24,725 nucleotides of DNA, from positions 1 to 24,725 of IMG/VR virus record IMGVR_UViG_3300009653_000468; one strand, written 5' to 3'. Source of the stretch: a virus. How positions within the stretch are numbered: position 1 is the stretch's first letter; the number at the start of each line of letters is the position of its first letter. The notes beneath the pieces are model-generated. The model did not search any database, was not told the DNA's origin, and worked only from the letters and a program-made list of their open reading frames with translations. Positions 8,693 through 17,892 of this stretch are shown here, piece by piece. Made by a program: the position numbers and the translations under genes.

Positions 8693-9676
8693 TTGCCACC
8701 AGTAAGATATTTTGGTTTTAAAAAAGAATCAAGCTTTGGAACTGAAGCCACTGAGTCAACATATGATATTACCATAGCTGAGTCTGTTAGCCTTGATGTG
8801 CCAGATGAGCCAGTCATTTCACTTCCAACGCTTTCACCGTTCCCAAGAGGACAAATAGCTGGGTACTATGCCAACAAAGGATCATTCGAGTACCCAGTAG
8901 ACATAAAAACAGTAGGATATCTTCTATACTTTAGCATTGGTGGATACACGTTCACATCTGGAACTCCAAACAATACACATGAATTCTATGCAACTACAGC
9001 AAAAACACTGCCTTCATTCACCGCACGAGTAGGAAAGGACACATTTGAACACGTTTTCCTTGGGACAGTTGTGGATAAAATGAGTCTTTCCGTTGAAGAT
9101 GAAGTTGCTGTGATGAAAACAGACCTTCTTGGAAAGAAAGACAAAAAAGCAACAATTAGAACAACCCTAAATGAACCATCGGATGTTTTCCCAATCGCAT
9201 TTTACCGAGTGAACGTAACTATAGATTCTACAGACGTTTCTTCGAAGGTGAAGTCATGGGAATGGGAATATGACAATGGGATTAAGGAGGATTTTGGACG
9301 TGGATTTGGTTCCAGATTCCCATACGGCTTCTATACGGGGGATAAAAACTGTACATTGACGCTTAAGATGAAAGACGAGGATACAAGCATTCTTGAAGCG
9401 TTTTGGGGTGATAGTAGCGGTGCAAGTGAAAGTTCACCATCCACATTTTCAGTTATTACAACCTTCGATGCTGGAGATGCTGGTACAATGACTGTCAATT
9501 TCCCAAAATGCTACTACAAGAAGATTGACACATCAATAAAGGCCGCTGAGCCCCGTGAACCTACTATAGAAATCGGATGTCTTGAAACAGAAGTAACATT
9601 GGAGGATGGTACTACTAAGAAGTCCACACCTGCTTATGTGAAGATAATTAACAGTGAATCAAAAATTGATAGTTAA
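8693..9676 (+). CDS. Major tail tube protein
   Basis: RYFGFKKESSFGTEA N-terminus, HEF...LPSFT, FLGTVVDKMSLS segments typical of siphovirus tail tubes. The ORF track starts at GTG 8684, but GAGGTGA (8681-8687) fits an RBS for TTG 8693. Confidence 0.85.
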   Translation: MPPVRYFGFKKESSFGTEATESTYDITIAESVSLDVPDEPVISLPTLSPFPRGQIAGYYANKGSFEYPVDIKTVGYLLYFSIGGYTFTSGTPNNTHEFYATTAKTLPSFTARVGKDTFEHVFLGTVVDKMSLSVEDEVAVMKTDLLGKKDKKATIRTTLNEPSDVFPIAFYRVNVTIDSTDVSSKVKSWEWEYDNGIKEDFGRGFGSRFPYGFYTGDKNCTLTLKMKDEDTSILEAFWGDSSGASESSPSTFSVITTFDAGDAGTMTVNFPKCYYKKIDTSIKAAEPREPTIEIGCLETEVTLEDGTTKKSTPAYVKIINSESKIDS

Positions 9677-9691
9677 AAAAAAAATAAACCC

Positions 9692-9706
9692 TTTTTTGAG
9701 TTTTTT
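9692..9706 (+). terminator. Oligo-T terminator/attenuator after the tail tube gene
   Basis: TTTTTT-GAG-TTTTTT shortly after the stop codon; oligo-T tracts are established archaeal termination signals. Confidence 0.45.
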
Positions 9707-9733
9707 GGAATAGTAAAAAAAGGAGGAATTGTT

Positions 9734-10177
9734 TTGGGGAAAAACAAGGATAATATACGTTTGTTTGAGGAATTACTACAAGGACAAAAGAAAAAAGTTG
9801 AATACAAAGTTGAAGGTTTGGAAAAGCCCATCCTATTAAGGCCTTTGACTTGTTCTGAGATCTTGGAACTTCAAAAGATTGAGAAAGAAGGGATGAAGGC
9901 TACGATTGACATAGAAGGCCTTATGAACATGTCACCGGGTGAACGGCGGGCTGCTATCAAGGATCAAACACAGAAGCTTAAACAAGAACTTGATTTTGCC
10001 AAGACTTATGAAGCACGTGCACGTGTGAAAGTGACGGCTGTTTCCCTTTCAGCTGAAACACCTATTGAGATCATTGAACAACTGCCACACAAGGTTCTAA
10101 ATGACCTATTCTTGAAAGTGATGGAGATTAGCAGTGTATCCGATGAAGAACTTGACACGCTTAACCAATTTCGTTAA
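9734..10177 (+). CDS. Tail assembly chaperone (gpG-like)
   Basis: 147 aa between tail tube and TMP; ILLRPLT motif, helical; RBS AGGAGG with TTG start. Confidence 0.8.
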   Translation: MGKNKDNIRLFEELLQGQKKKVEYKVEGLEKPILLRPLTCSEILELQKIEKEGMKATIDIEGLMNMSPGERRAAIKDQTQKLKQELDFAKTYEARARVKVTAVSLSAETPIEIIEQLPHKVLNDLFLKVMEISSVSDEELDTLNQFR

Positions 10178-10406
10178 AGAACCGGAAGGAAGGCTTCTTT
10201 GGGCTTTACACAACTCGGGAGCGAGAATATGTGAAAAAGCAGCTGATTTAACTGAGAAACAAAAACTCTTTCTCGCACAAGCATACTACCAAGAATTGCG
10301 AGAAGAACGAGAATTCATAGCTAAGGCCCTTGGTGCTGAAATAAAGGAGTCTGGGGTCTCAGAATCCATGAAGGAAAGAGCAAAGCGTTTAGCAAGGAGA
10401 GTATAA
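10134..10406 (+). CDS. Tail assembly chaperone extension (gpT-like), probably expressed by frameshift from the upstream ORF
   Basis: Overlaps the 3' end of the chaperone in the +1 frame and ends before the TMP, matching the G/T arrangement; DLTEKQKLFL segment. Confidence 0.7.
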   Translation: MYPMKNLTRLTNFVKEPEGRLLWALHNSGARICEKAADLTEKQKLFLAQAYYQELREEREFIAKALGAEIKESGVSESMKERAKRLARRV

Positions 10407-10461
10407 GAACCCCACACCCTTCCTTTTACCCCTTAAAATAAACTGGGATGTTGGTGCTTGT

Positions 10462-13400
10462 ATGGATGAAATAAGCGTAGTAGTACGGCTTGTAGATGAA
10501 GCTTCTTCACAAATGCAATCACTTGTCGCCAATATGGAAGGTGCAATGAGTTCCATTAGTTCCACGGCGACTGATGCATCTTCCAGTCTCACAGAAATCG
10601 GATCTTCTGCTTCTGATGCTGCTAACAGTATATCAGAGGTTGGTAATGCTGCTAATGAGACAAGTGATGCCGTATCCACAGCAGCAAACAGTGCTGAAGA
10701 ATTGGATAGTGCAACATCGAATATTACATCAACAAATATTGATGAAGTTGCAAATGCTGCCACAGAGGCATCAACATCCCTAAACTCCACTTCTACAAGT
10801 GCCGAGGAACTTGCAACAAGCTTAGCAAGTGTAAATGCTACCGATCTCTCCAGTGTTGCCGCAAGTGCTGATTCTTTGAAAGGAAGTCTGGATAAGACTG
10901 CTGAATCGGCACAAGAACTAACCAACAATTCAAAGGAGGCCACAACCACCCTTGCAAACACGGGTGGAAGCGTTGTGGGGCTTGCTGCCATTGCCGGGGC
11001 CCTTGGAGCTGTCACGGCGGGTATGGAGATGGCAGCACGGGACGCCACAAACCTAAATACAACCTTCCAAAAAATGGCAAGTGCAAAAATGCCAGAACCA
11101 GCCGTAAGGAGCTTTGTAGCAAGCCTTGTTAGTGCAAAACTGCCCTTAGAGGATGTTATAGGTTATATGAAGCTTTTAAAACAAGCTGGAGTCTCAAGTG
11201 CTGAAGGACTCAGGGCAGGTATAATTGGGCTAAACAACTTGGCGCTTGCAACTGGCACCACAAGGGATGAAATTTCCAGATTTGCCAATTCTCTGATTGT
11301 GATGGGTATACGGCTTGATGAAGTTCATAAAGCTTATAATGCTGTCGCTTATGCACAAGCAAACATCGTAGGTGGTTTTGCAACATATATTAAGTGGATG
11401 GAGAAATTTGATTCAGAGTTTAGAAAATTGGGGCTTAACATTGATCAGACAGCTGTGCTTATTGCTGCTGCAACTAAGAAGTTTGGTGGTGGTAGGGCTG
11501 CATACACCGGTTTAAGTCAAGCCTTGAAGGAATGTAACGGTGATCTAAGCGTTTTAGAGCAAAAGCTTGGCATGCAACCTGGTACGCTTGCAAGGGCAAG
11601 TGAAATGACTTCGAAATATGCTGGAACTATTGATAGGAAGTCAAAAATTGAAAAGAACAATGTTACAATAATGCAAATGCTCCAAACAGAACTGGACAAG
11701 CTTAAAATACGTTTCTCATGGCTTATAGGCCCTATTACAAATGTCGGAGGTCTCATAAGTGGTTTAGTAGGATTATATTCAGTATATCTTACATACCAAT
11801 CAGCTGTTTCGATGGCTGCAAGTGCACAAGCATTATCAGAAATGACAAAAGCGGGTGCTACGGAGGCCTCTACCGCAGCAACCAGTCAAAACATCGTTGT
11901 TACTACTTTGCAAGCGGCTGCGAACCGTGTAGTTGCTATAGGGACGGCATTGTACACGGCTGCATTAGAAGGAAATCTAATAGCCTTGATTGCACAGACA
12001 GTAGCTACAAAGGCTGCTACGGCGGCACAATGGTTATTTAATGCTGCTATGTCAGCTAATCCAATTATGTGGGTTGTTATAGCTATAGGGGCCCTTGTAG
12101 CAGCCCTAATTTACCTATACTACAATTACAAGCCCGTAACGGATGCTGTGAACTGGTTCATCAATGGGTTGAAGCAGGTTGGTGGGGTTATCTATGGGTA
12201 CTTGCTTGGGGCCTTTGAAGCGGTGAAAGGGGCCCTATCAGCCGTTGGTTCTGCCATTAGTGGGGCCTTAGGTGGTGTTATCAGTTGGATCATCAATGGA
12301 CTCATGGAAATAGGGAAAGCAGTATACTACGTTGTTTTCTCATTCCAATTTGTGGATGATATGACATCCAAATTTGGAGTTGTAGGACTTGCCATATCAT
12401 ACATCATTAACCCTATAAGGACTTTAATAGAGTTTATTAACCAGTTAAAGATCGCATGGGATGCTTGGAGTAAAACGGCTGAAGGACAAGAAGTATTTAA
12501 GGAATTAGGGGAGGCATTTGGAGAATTGAAGGCGGCGTTTGGAGAAGTCTGGAATGCATTACAACCAGCAATACAAGCAATACAAGCCGCTTTCAGAGAA
12601 CTTTGGGTTGCATTGTTCCCCGTGTCATCAGAAGCCAAGAAAGCCGGTGATGGACTAAAGGATACTGGTAGTGCTGCTAATGATGCGAAAACACCAATAC
12701 AGTTATTTGTTGATATTATAAAAATCTTTGCTGACTTTTTACAGTATGTGGTTGTCCCCGTAATAAAATTACTCGCAGAAGGTATTAGGCTGTTAGCACC
12801 GGGGATAGGGCTTCTTGCAAGCATATTAGCCACCTTAATCGGCTGGGTGATCCAAGGAGCAATATGGTTCATTAATCTTGCCAGAGCAGTCTGGGCTGTT
12901 GCTTCTGCATTTGGACAGTTTGTATGGTCAGTTCTCACAACCATTTGGCAGATTATCATGGGTTTCATACAATTACCTGGTCAAATTATTAGTATTTTGT
13001 GGGGTATCCTCACGGGGACGATGTCTTGGTCAGAAGCTTGGAAGATATTGGGTTCTAATGCTGCTGTGAAGTTTGTTATCTCTATTATCAATTTCTTGAT
13101 CTCCTTACCTGGAAGGGTGTTTAACATCTTAAAATTGGTTTTAAGCCGTGTTGTGGCGTGGATAAGCCAGCTTTGGGCTAAAGGAGTATCAGCTGGTAGG
13201 GGTTTTGTGGATAAAGTTGTAAGTTTTCTTAAAGACCTTCCATCCAAGGTAGGTCAAATCCTCATGGATGCAATAAATGTGATACTTGGGAAGGTAGGAG
13301 ACGCCTTTAATGCGGCAGTACGCTTTGCACAAGGGATATGGGACGGTATAAAAAGTGCATTGCACATAAAAAGCCCCAGCATCATCTACAAACAGCTAAA

Positions 13401-14937
13401 ATCTGATGTGGATGCCGTGAATGACATGTTTAAAAAGAGGGCTGCTGAAGGCCGTGCTGCCGCAGCACTCTACGCTTACGGCTTAAGGGAAGGATTGGAA
13501 CCAGCATTATCAGCAACAACCACAATAGCCACCACAATACCGGCTGGGACAACACCAACAACCACACAAGCCCCAGCAACACAAGAAACAAGGACTCAGA
13601 TGAATGAAGTCACAAAAACCGGCTTAGAGGCTGTGAATACAACAACACAGCAAGGAATGGCTGCCATCAATAACACAACAAATACGGGCTTACAAACGAT
13701 TATATCTACTTGGACAGGTATAAAAGAGACCACAACAAAAACACAAGCAGCTATGACCAATACACAGACAATCACAAAATCAGCAATGTCCACAATGGTA
13801 AACACAACCAAAAATGCGATGGATTCGATGAAGAACGGTTTTAATTCGATGAAAAATGAAGTGATATCAGCAGCCTCAAAAGCGAAAAGTGGGGTTGTTT
13901 CACACATCGACACCCTATCAGCAAATATTAAACAGTTCTATAGGCTTGTGACAAACCCCGGTGCTGGGGGGCCCGCTGGGGGGCCCGTTGGCAGTTCTAT
14001 ACGTAAAATAGCTGGTGCTGGGGCCCCGGTTTCAAGGAAGATCATGACCACCCCATCACTAAAGCTTGGTTTTGGGGCCCTTCCAGAGCCTTTAACACCT
14101 TCTGAACCGTTGAAATCACCAAGCATCCATGATATTAGCAGTTCAAGGAAAGCACAGAAAATAGCAGAAGAATTTTACAGAATGCTGTCATGTCCATCTT
14201 GCTTTGCATATGGGGCTGGCGGGGGATGGGATTACAGTGATGAATGGATTAGCTGGATTAAAAAGCAAATTGGCAGTTATAGAGTTAGTATTTTGCCTGG
14301 TTTAAACATAAAAGCTGGTGATTTTGTCACATACCCGCCTAAGGGGATTGCTGGGAACCTTGCAAGCTTTATAGCTGTTATGTCAGCAATTATAGGAAGG
14401 ACACGGTATGCTTTCTATTATGGAAGTAGTGGATTGTCTGTAGCACAATTATTAGCACGTGGATACTTCAATTGTTACGATGGGGCAAGGATAGTTGTTG
14501 CTTATGCAAATGCGTTTGGATTACCCGCTTATATGAGTTGTGGACTTTCATGGGCTGGTATTCCTCATTGTGCTGCAAATGTGGCGGGGATGTGGTTTGA
14601 CACAACCGCCTTCCAGCAAGGACATGGCTGGACTTCTCCAAAGGTGTCTGGTTATGGTGGGCCTTCTGGTTTAACCCTTGATTCTATTGTTTCTGAGGCT
14701 GTTAAGGGTGCTGTGTCCTTGAAAGGTGGGGAATCTAATGTGAATGTGAATATTGATATTAACTTGGAAAATGTTCCAGAGCACATAAGTGAAAGGGAGC
14801 TTACTGCTATGTTGAAACAGGCTTTACAGGATGATACAATCATTGATACAATTGCTAAGAATCCCCGTTTAACTGAAAATGTGAATAGGAGTCTTGGATT
14901 TGAACTTTTAAGACATAAAAGGAGTGCTGGAGTATGA
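10462..14937 (+). CDS. Tail tape measure protein with a C-terminal transglutaminase-like (PeiW/PeiP-like) peptidase domain
   Basis: 1491 aa, Ala/Ser/Thr-rich helical repeats, AQWLFNAAMSANPI and LHIKSPS TMP motifs, hydrophobic stretches; C-terminal RYAFYY...FNCYD...IPHC...WFD. Confidence 0.92.
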   Translation: MDEISVVVRLVDEASSQMQSLVANMEGAMSSISSTATDASSSLTEIGSSASDAANSISEVGNAANETSDAVSTAANSAEELDSATSNITSTNIDEVANAATEASTSLNSTSTSAEELATSLASVNATDLSSVAASADSLKGSLDKTAESAQELTNNSKEATTTLANTGGSVVGLAAIAGALGAVTAGMEMAARDATNLNTTFQKMASAKMPEPAVRSFVASLVSAKLPLEDVIGYMKLLKQAGVSSAEGLRAGIIGLNNLALATGTTRDEISRFANSLIVMGIRLDEVHKAYNAVAYAQANIVGGFATYIKWMEKFDSEFRKLGLNIDQTAVLIAAATKKFGGGRAAYTGLSQALKECNGDLSVLEQKLGMQPGTLARASEMTSKYAGTIDRKSKIEKNNVTIMQMLQTELDKLKIRFSWLIGPITNVGGLISGLVGLYSVYLTYQSAVSMAASAQALSEMTKAGATEASTAATSQNIVVTTLQAAANRVVAIGTALYTAALEGNLIALIAQTVATKAATAAQWLFNAAMSANPIMWVVIAIGALVAALIYLYYNYKPVTDAVNWFINGLKQVGGVIYGYLLGAFEAVKGALSAVGSAISGALGGVISWIINGLMEIGKAVYYVVFSFQFVDDMTSKFGVVGLAISYIINPIRTLIEFINQLKIAWDAWSKTAEGQEVFKELGEAFGELKAAFGEVWNALQPAIQAIQAAFRELWVALFPVSSEAKKAGDGLKDTGSAANDAKTPIQLFVDIIKIFADFLQYVVVPVIKLLAEGIRLLAPGIGLLASILATLIGWVIQGAIWFINLARAVWAVASAFGQFVWSVLTTIWQIIMGFIQLPGQIISILWGILTGTMSWSEAWKILGSNAAVKFVISIINFLISLPGRVFNILKLVLSRVVAWISQLWAKGVSAGRGFVDKVVSFLKDLPSKVGQILMDAINVILGKVGDAFNAAVRFAQGIWDGIKSALHIKSPSIIYKQLKSDVDAVNDMFKKRAAEGRAAAALYAYGLREGLEPALSATTTIATTIPAGTTPTTTQAPATQETRTQMNEVTKTGLEAVNTTTQQGMAAINNTTNTGLQTIISTWTGIKETTTKTQAAMTNTQTITKSAMSTMVNTTKNAMDSMKNGFNSMKNEVISAASKAKSGVVSHIDTLSANIKQFYRLVTNPGAGGPAGGPVGSSIRKIAGAGAPVSRKIMTTPSLKLGFGALPEPLTPSEPLKSPSIHDISSSRKAQKIAEEFYRMLSCPSCFAYGAGGGWDYSDEWISWIKKQIGSYRVSILPGLNIKAGDFVTYPPKGIAGNLASFIAVMSAIIGRTRYAFYYGSSGLSVAQLLARGYFNCYDGARIVVAYANAFGLPAYMSCGLSWAGIPHCAANVAGMWFDTTAFQQGHGWTSPKVSGYGGPSGLTLDSIVSEAVKGAVSLKGGESNVNVNIDINLENVPEHISERELTAMLKQALQDDTIIDTIAKNPRLTENVNRSLGFELLRHKRSAGV

Positions 14938-15140
14938 AGAAGGTTTCACTAACAATAGAAGAAATAGAACTGTATGGAAACTATCTCACTAAGGCGATAG
15001 TCTATTATGAGAACTTGAATTATTATTCTGAGGGATATGGTACTCTTACAATAGATGAAAACCTTGAAAAGGACAATAAAACCTTCAAAACCCTTAAATG
15101 TGAGGGTTCTACTGGTATAAACTTGTCTGGAGATTCATAA
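14934..15140 (+). CDS. Small hypothetical protein (68 aa)
   Basis: ATGA overlap with the TMP stop, fills the gap to the next gene; no motif recognised. Confidence 0.5.
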   Translation: MKKVSLTIEEIELYGNYLTKAIVYYENLNYYSEGYGTLTIDENLEKDNKTFKTLKCEGSTGINLSGDS

Positions 15141-15159
15141 AAAGGTGTAGGGGATAGAT

Positions 15160-17892
15160 ATGGCTACTGTGACAAAATATCCACAAAATATTCAATATGA
15201 ACAAGTTGAAAAAACAAGAGGATATTATACTGAAACCATTTGGAACTCATTAGACAGGCTAAAAAAGGATGATAACAACTATGCCTATACTAACACAGTA
15301 GCTTCACGTGCAGGCACTAAATCCAAGCCCGGTAGAATAAAAGCAACCACATTCAACTTTGATATACCTATTAATTCGAAAATAAACAGTGTAAAAGTGG
15401 AATGGAAGGAATATGCAAGGGCATCGAATGGATCAATATATGGGACAATAGCAATACCATCAGTATCCATTTACCTAATAAAGGCTAATGGTGGGTCTAA
15501 TAGCAGCACAAAGACTGATAATTATCGTGTTCCTACTTCCCCAACTTCAAGAAGCTTAACATGGACATCATCTGATATTCCGAATGTGAAAAGGGATAAT
15601 CTTGCAGATTCGGGCTTCGGAGTTTATTTCAACCCAGCAAGAAATACGAATTATAATGCGGGTATAATGTATTTGGACTACATTCGGGTGGTTGTTGATT
15701 ATACAACACCCACATATTCATTATATTCAAACAAAACAGGTACATTAGAGATATTTAAGGATATTACTGTCACAGCAACCTTAACAAACTCAAACAACAC
15801 CCCACACACCACACCAGTACCAGTAAATGTCTCCATACCCTCAGATGCAACAGTGAAAAGTGTAACATGCGATGGAACATATAACTTTGAGGAAAAAGTC
15901 TGGAATGCGAAAATAGGAAGCGGAGGCACAGCAACCATAACCATGGTCTTAACATTTAATCAACCTGGTTCTAAGACTGTTTCATTCACAGAAACTGTTA
16001 CTAATCAAAGCACAAGCCAAAATTTTAATGTAACAGACACTTATCTGAAATTTACACATGTTGATTACTCTGTGATAGGAACAAGTAACACAACGATAAC
16101 TTACACAGCAACAAAGGCTACAAGTGGAACTGCAACCGCAACAATCCCCTTACCATCATGGATTACTTATGTAAGCTACTCTGGTGATGGTACATACAAT
16201 CCAAGCACTGGAGAATGGTCTGTTTCATTCGCAAGCGGCGGAGAAACAAAAACTCTGAACCTAACAATAAGAGCAAATGCTACAAATAAAATTTACAAGC
16301 AAGTGGTGACTTCAAATAGTGAAACAGCAACTATAAGATACCTAATCAATGGAACACCATCTAACACAACTTGTCTTGGATATAGGATAAACCTAAATGC
16401 AGCAGGGATAACATTAACACAAAATAAAACATATCACTTGACTTTCTATATGTATGCAGAGAAAAAGGGGATACCATACAAACAAACAGGAGTATCAACA
16501 GAATATAAAGTGTTTATTGATTCAACAGAGATAGGAGACATACCACTGGATATTTATGAGGGTTGGCAGAAGGTTGATATTGAATTCACAGCCCCATCAT
16601 CCTCTCCCAACTACTTGTATATTAATGGGCCTTCAAGATACAGTGAAACTGAAAAATTCAAGCTTATGCTTGCTGGATTATGCATTGCGAAGGATTCTGA
16701 ATTCTATGAACCAAAAACCTTAATCTCCAATCCAGAAAGGATCGGAGTACAGGGGCAATATGCTACAATTTCATTATCAGCGTATGAGGAAACAAACATT
16801 TATAAGGTGAAATTTCAAGGAACAACACCCTCTGATGGTTATGTTGTTGGAATGGAGATACCAACAGAGTATGAAACAGATAATAACCTGTCTGGGGATC
16901 TTATATTACATTTTAGTGATTATGATATTGAGAAGACCAGCATATTCCCACCAGAGGCCACAAAAGTTGCATGGGGTTCGAAATGGGATAAGTGGGGTCT
17001 TGAGGAATTAGATGATTCTACTTCACCATTATTTTTACCATTATCAGAGAATCCTTATATGCTCTTTAAATTGAAGAATATTAGTTCAGAGACTGCTAAT
17101 GTGAAATTGAAGAATATTACATTTGATTTGTATTATGTTGATGATTCTCTGCTGAGTAGGCCGGGGTTTAAGTTGGATAATGTTCATAGCAAATCTTATC
17201 TTATTCATCTGTCCCCAGATACTGAATTCACAGCAGGAATAGACCCTGATATACAAATAACAGATTACAAACAAGCAGATGAAAATATACTCTATGGATA
17301 TTCAGTTAACCCTAAAAAATTATCATTGAAGTTTTATATTGGTGATGATGATTTTGAAGGGGCGACAGATCTTTTAGAGGAAGTTACAAAATTCTTTTCA
17401 AACAAAAAAGACAAATTTGGCTTACCAATACCAAAGAAGCTTAGATTTGACTGGGATGATGATACATACTATAATGTAATCTTGTCATCAGCAATAAAGA
17501 GCAAAGCACAACCAGCAGCCTATGAATGTCAAGCAGAATTTGTGATACCTGATGGTGTGGGTTGGCATAACCCTAAATATTACCCTCAAAAGGGGAAACA
17601 CAGAAGCATATTACCTGCCAAGCCCCTAATTTGTCTTAGAACTGTTGGGAAAGAAATTGTGACAATAACTGAATCAAAAACAGGGCAAAAGATGATAATA
17701 AACTCCAAATTCCCAAATGGAACAATATTATATGTTGATTGTAAGCTGAGGAAGGTCTATGATAGTAACAACACAGAATACACTGGTTCAGTAGCCCTAA
17801 ACAGCGACTGGTTCAGACTAAACCCAGAATTCGACTTTAGCGACTCTAATGGGTGTGAAATACTATTTGTCAAGGTGGTTGAAGCAGTATGA
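15160..17892 (+). CDS. Distal tail (Dit-like) protein with a long N-terminal adhesin-like extension
   Basis: C-terminal ~245 aa has Dit-like features (KKLSLKFYI, KKLRFDWDDDTYY, EFVIPD, SDWFRL); N-terminal ~660 aa is beta-rich with two DUF11-like GTYN..W repeats and jelly-roll segments. Confidence 0.75.
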   Translation: MATVTKYPQNIQYEQVEKTRGYYTETIWNSLDRLKKDDNNYAYTNTVASRAGTKSKPGRIKATTFNFDIPINSKINSVKVEWKEYARASNGSIYGTIAIPSVSIYLIKANGGSNSSTKTDNYRVPTSPTSRSLTWTSSDIPNVKRDNLADSGFGVYFNPARNTNYNAGIMYLDYIRVVVDYTTPTYSLYSNKTGTLEIFKDITVTATLTNSNNTPHTTPVPVNVSIPSDATVKSVTCDGTYNFEEKVWNAKIGSGGTATITMVLTFNQPGSKTVSFTETVTNQSTSQNFNVTDTYLKFTHVDYSVIGTSNTTITYTATKATSGTATATIPLPSWITYVSYSGDGTYNPSTGEWSVSFASGGETKTLNLTIRANATNKIYKQVVTSNSETATIRYLINGTPSNTTCLGYRINLNAAGITLTQNKTYHLTFYMYAEKKGIPYKQTGVSTEYKVFIDSTEIGDIPLDIYEGWQKVDIEFTAPSSSPNYLYINGPSRYSETEKFKLMLAGLCIAKDSEFYEPKTLISNPERIGVQGQYATISLSAYEETNIYKVKFQGTTPSDGYVVGMEIPTEYETDNNLSGDLILHFSDYDIEKTSIFPPEATKVAWGSKWDKWGLEELDDSTSPLFLPLSENPYMLFKLKNISSETANVKLKNITFDLYYVDDSLLSRPGFKLDNVHSKSYLIHLSPDTEFTAGIDPDIQITDYKQADENILYGYSVNPKKLSLKFYIGDDDFEGATDLLEEVTKFFSNKKDKFGLPIPKKLRFDWDDDTYYNVILSSAIKSKAQPAAYECQAEFVIPDGVGWHNPKYYPQKGKHRSILPAKPLICLRTVGKEIVTITESKTGQKMIINSKFPNGTILYVDCKLRKVYDSNNTEYTGSVALNSDWFRLNPEFDFSDSNGCEILFVKVVEAV

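Noticed and set aside
10389-11048. 219-aa minus-strand ORF
   Set aside because: Antisense shadow of the Ala/Ser-rich TMP N-terminus; low complexity, no motif, and opposite to a uniformly plus-strand operon.
12327-12968. 213-aa minus-strand ORF
   Set aside because: Lies fully within the TMP on the opposite strand with no recognisable motif; expected by chance opposite Ala/Gly/Ile-rich coding sequence.
13495-13860. Thr-rich ACA/ACC-rich stretch resembling a tandem DNA repeat or CRISPR-like array
   Set aside because: No identical repeat units or spacers; explained by TMP helical pseudo-repeats plus the local A/C bias.
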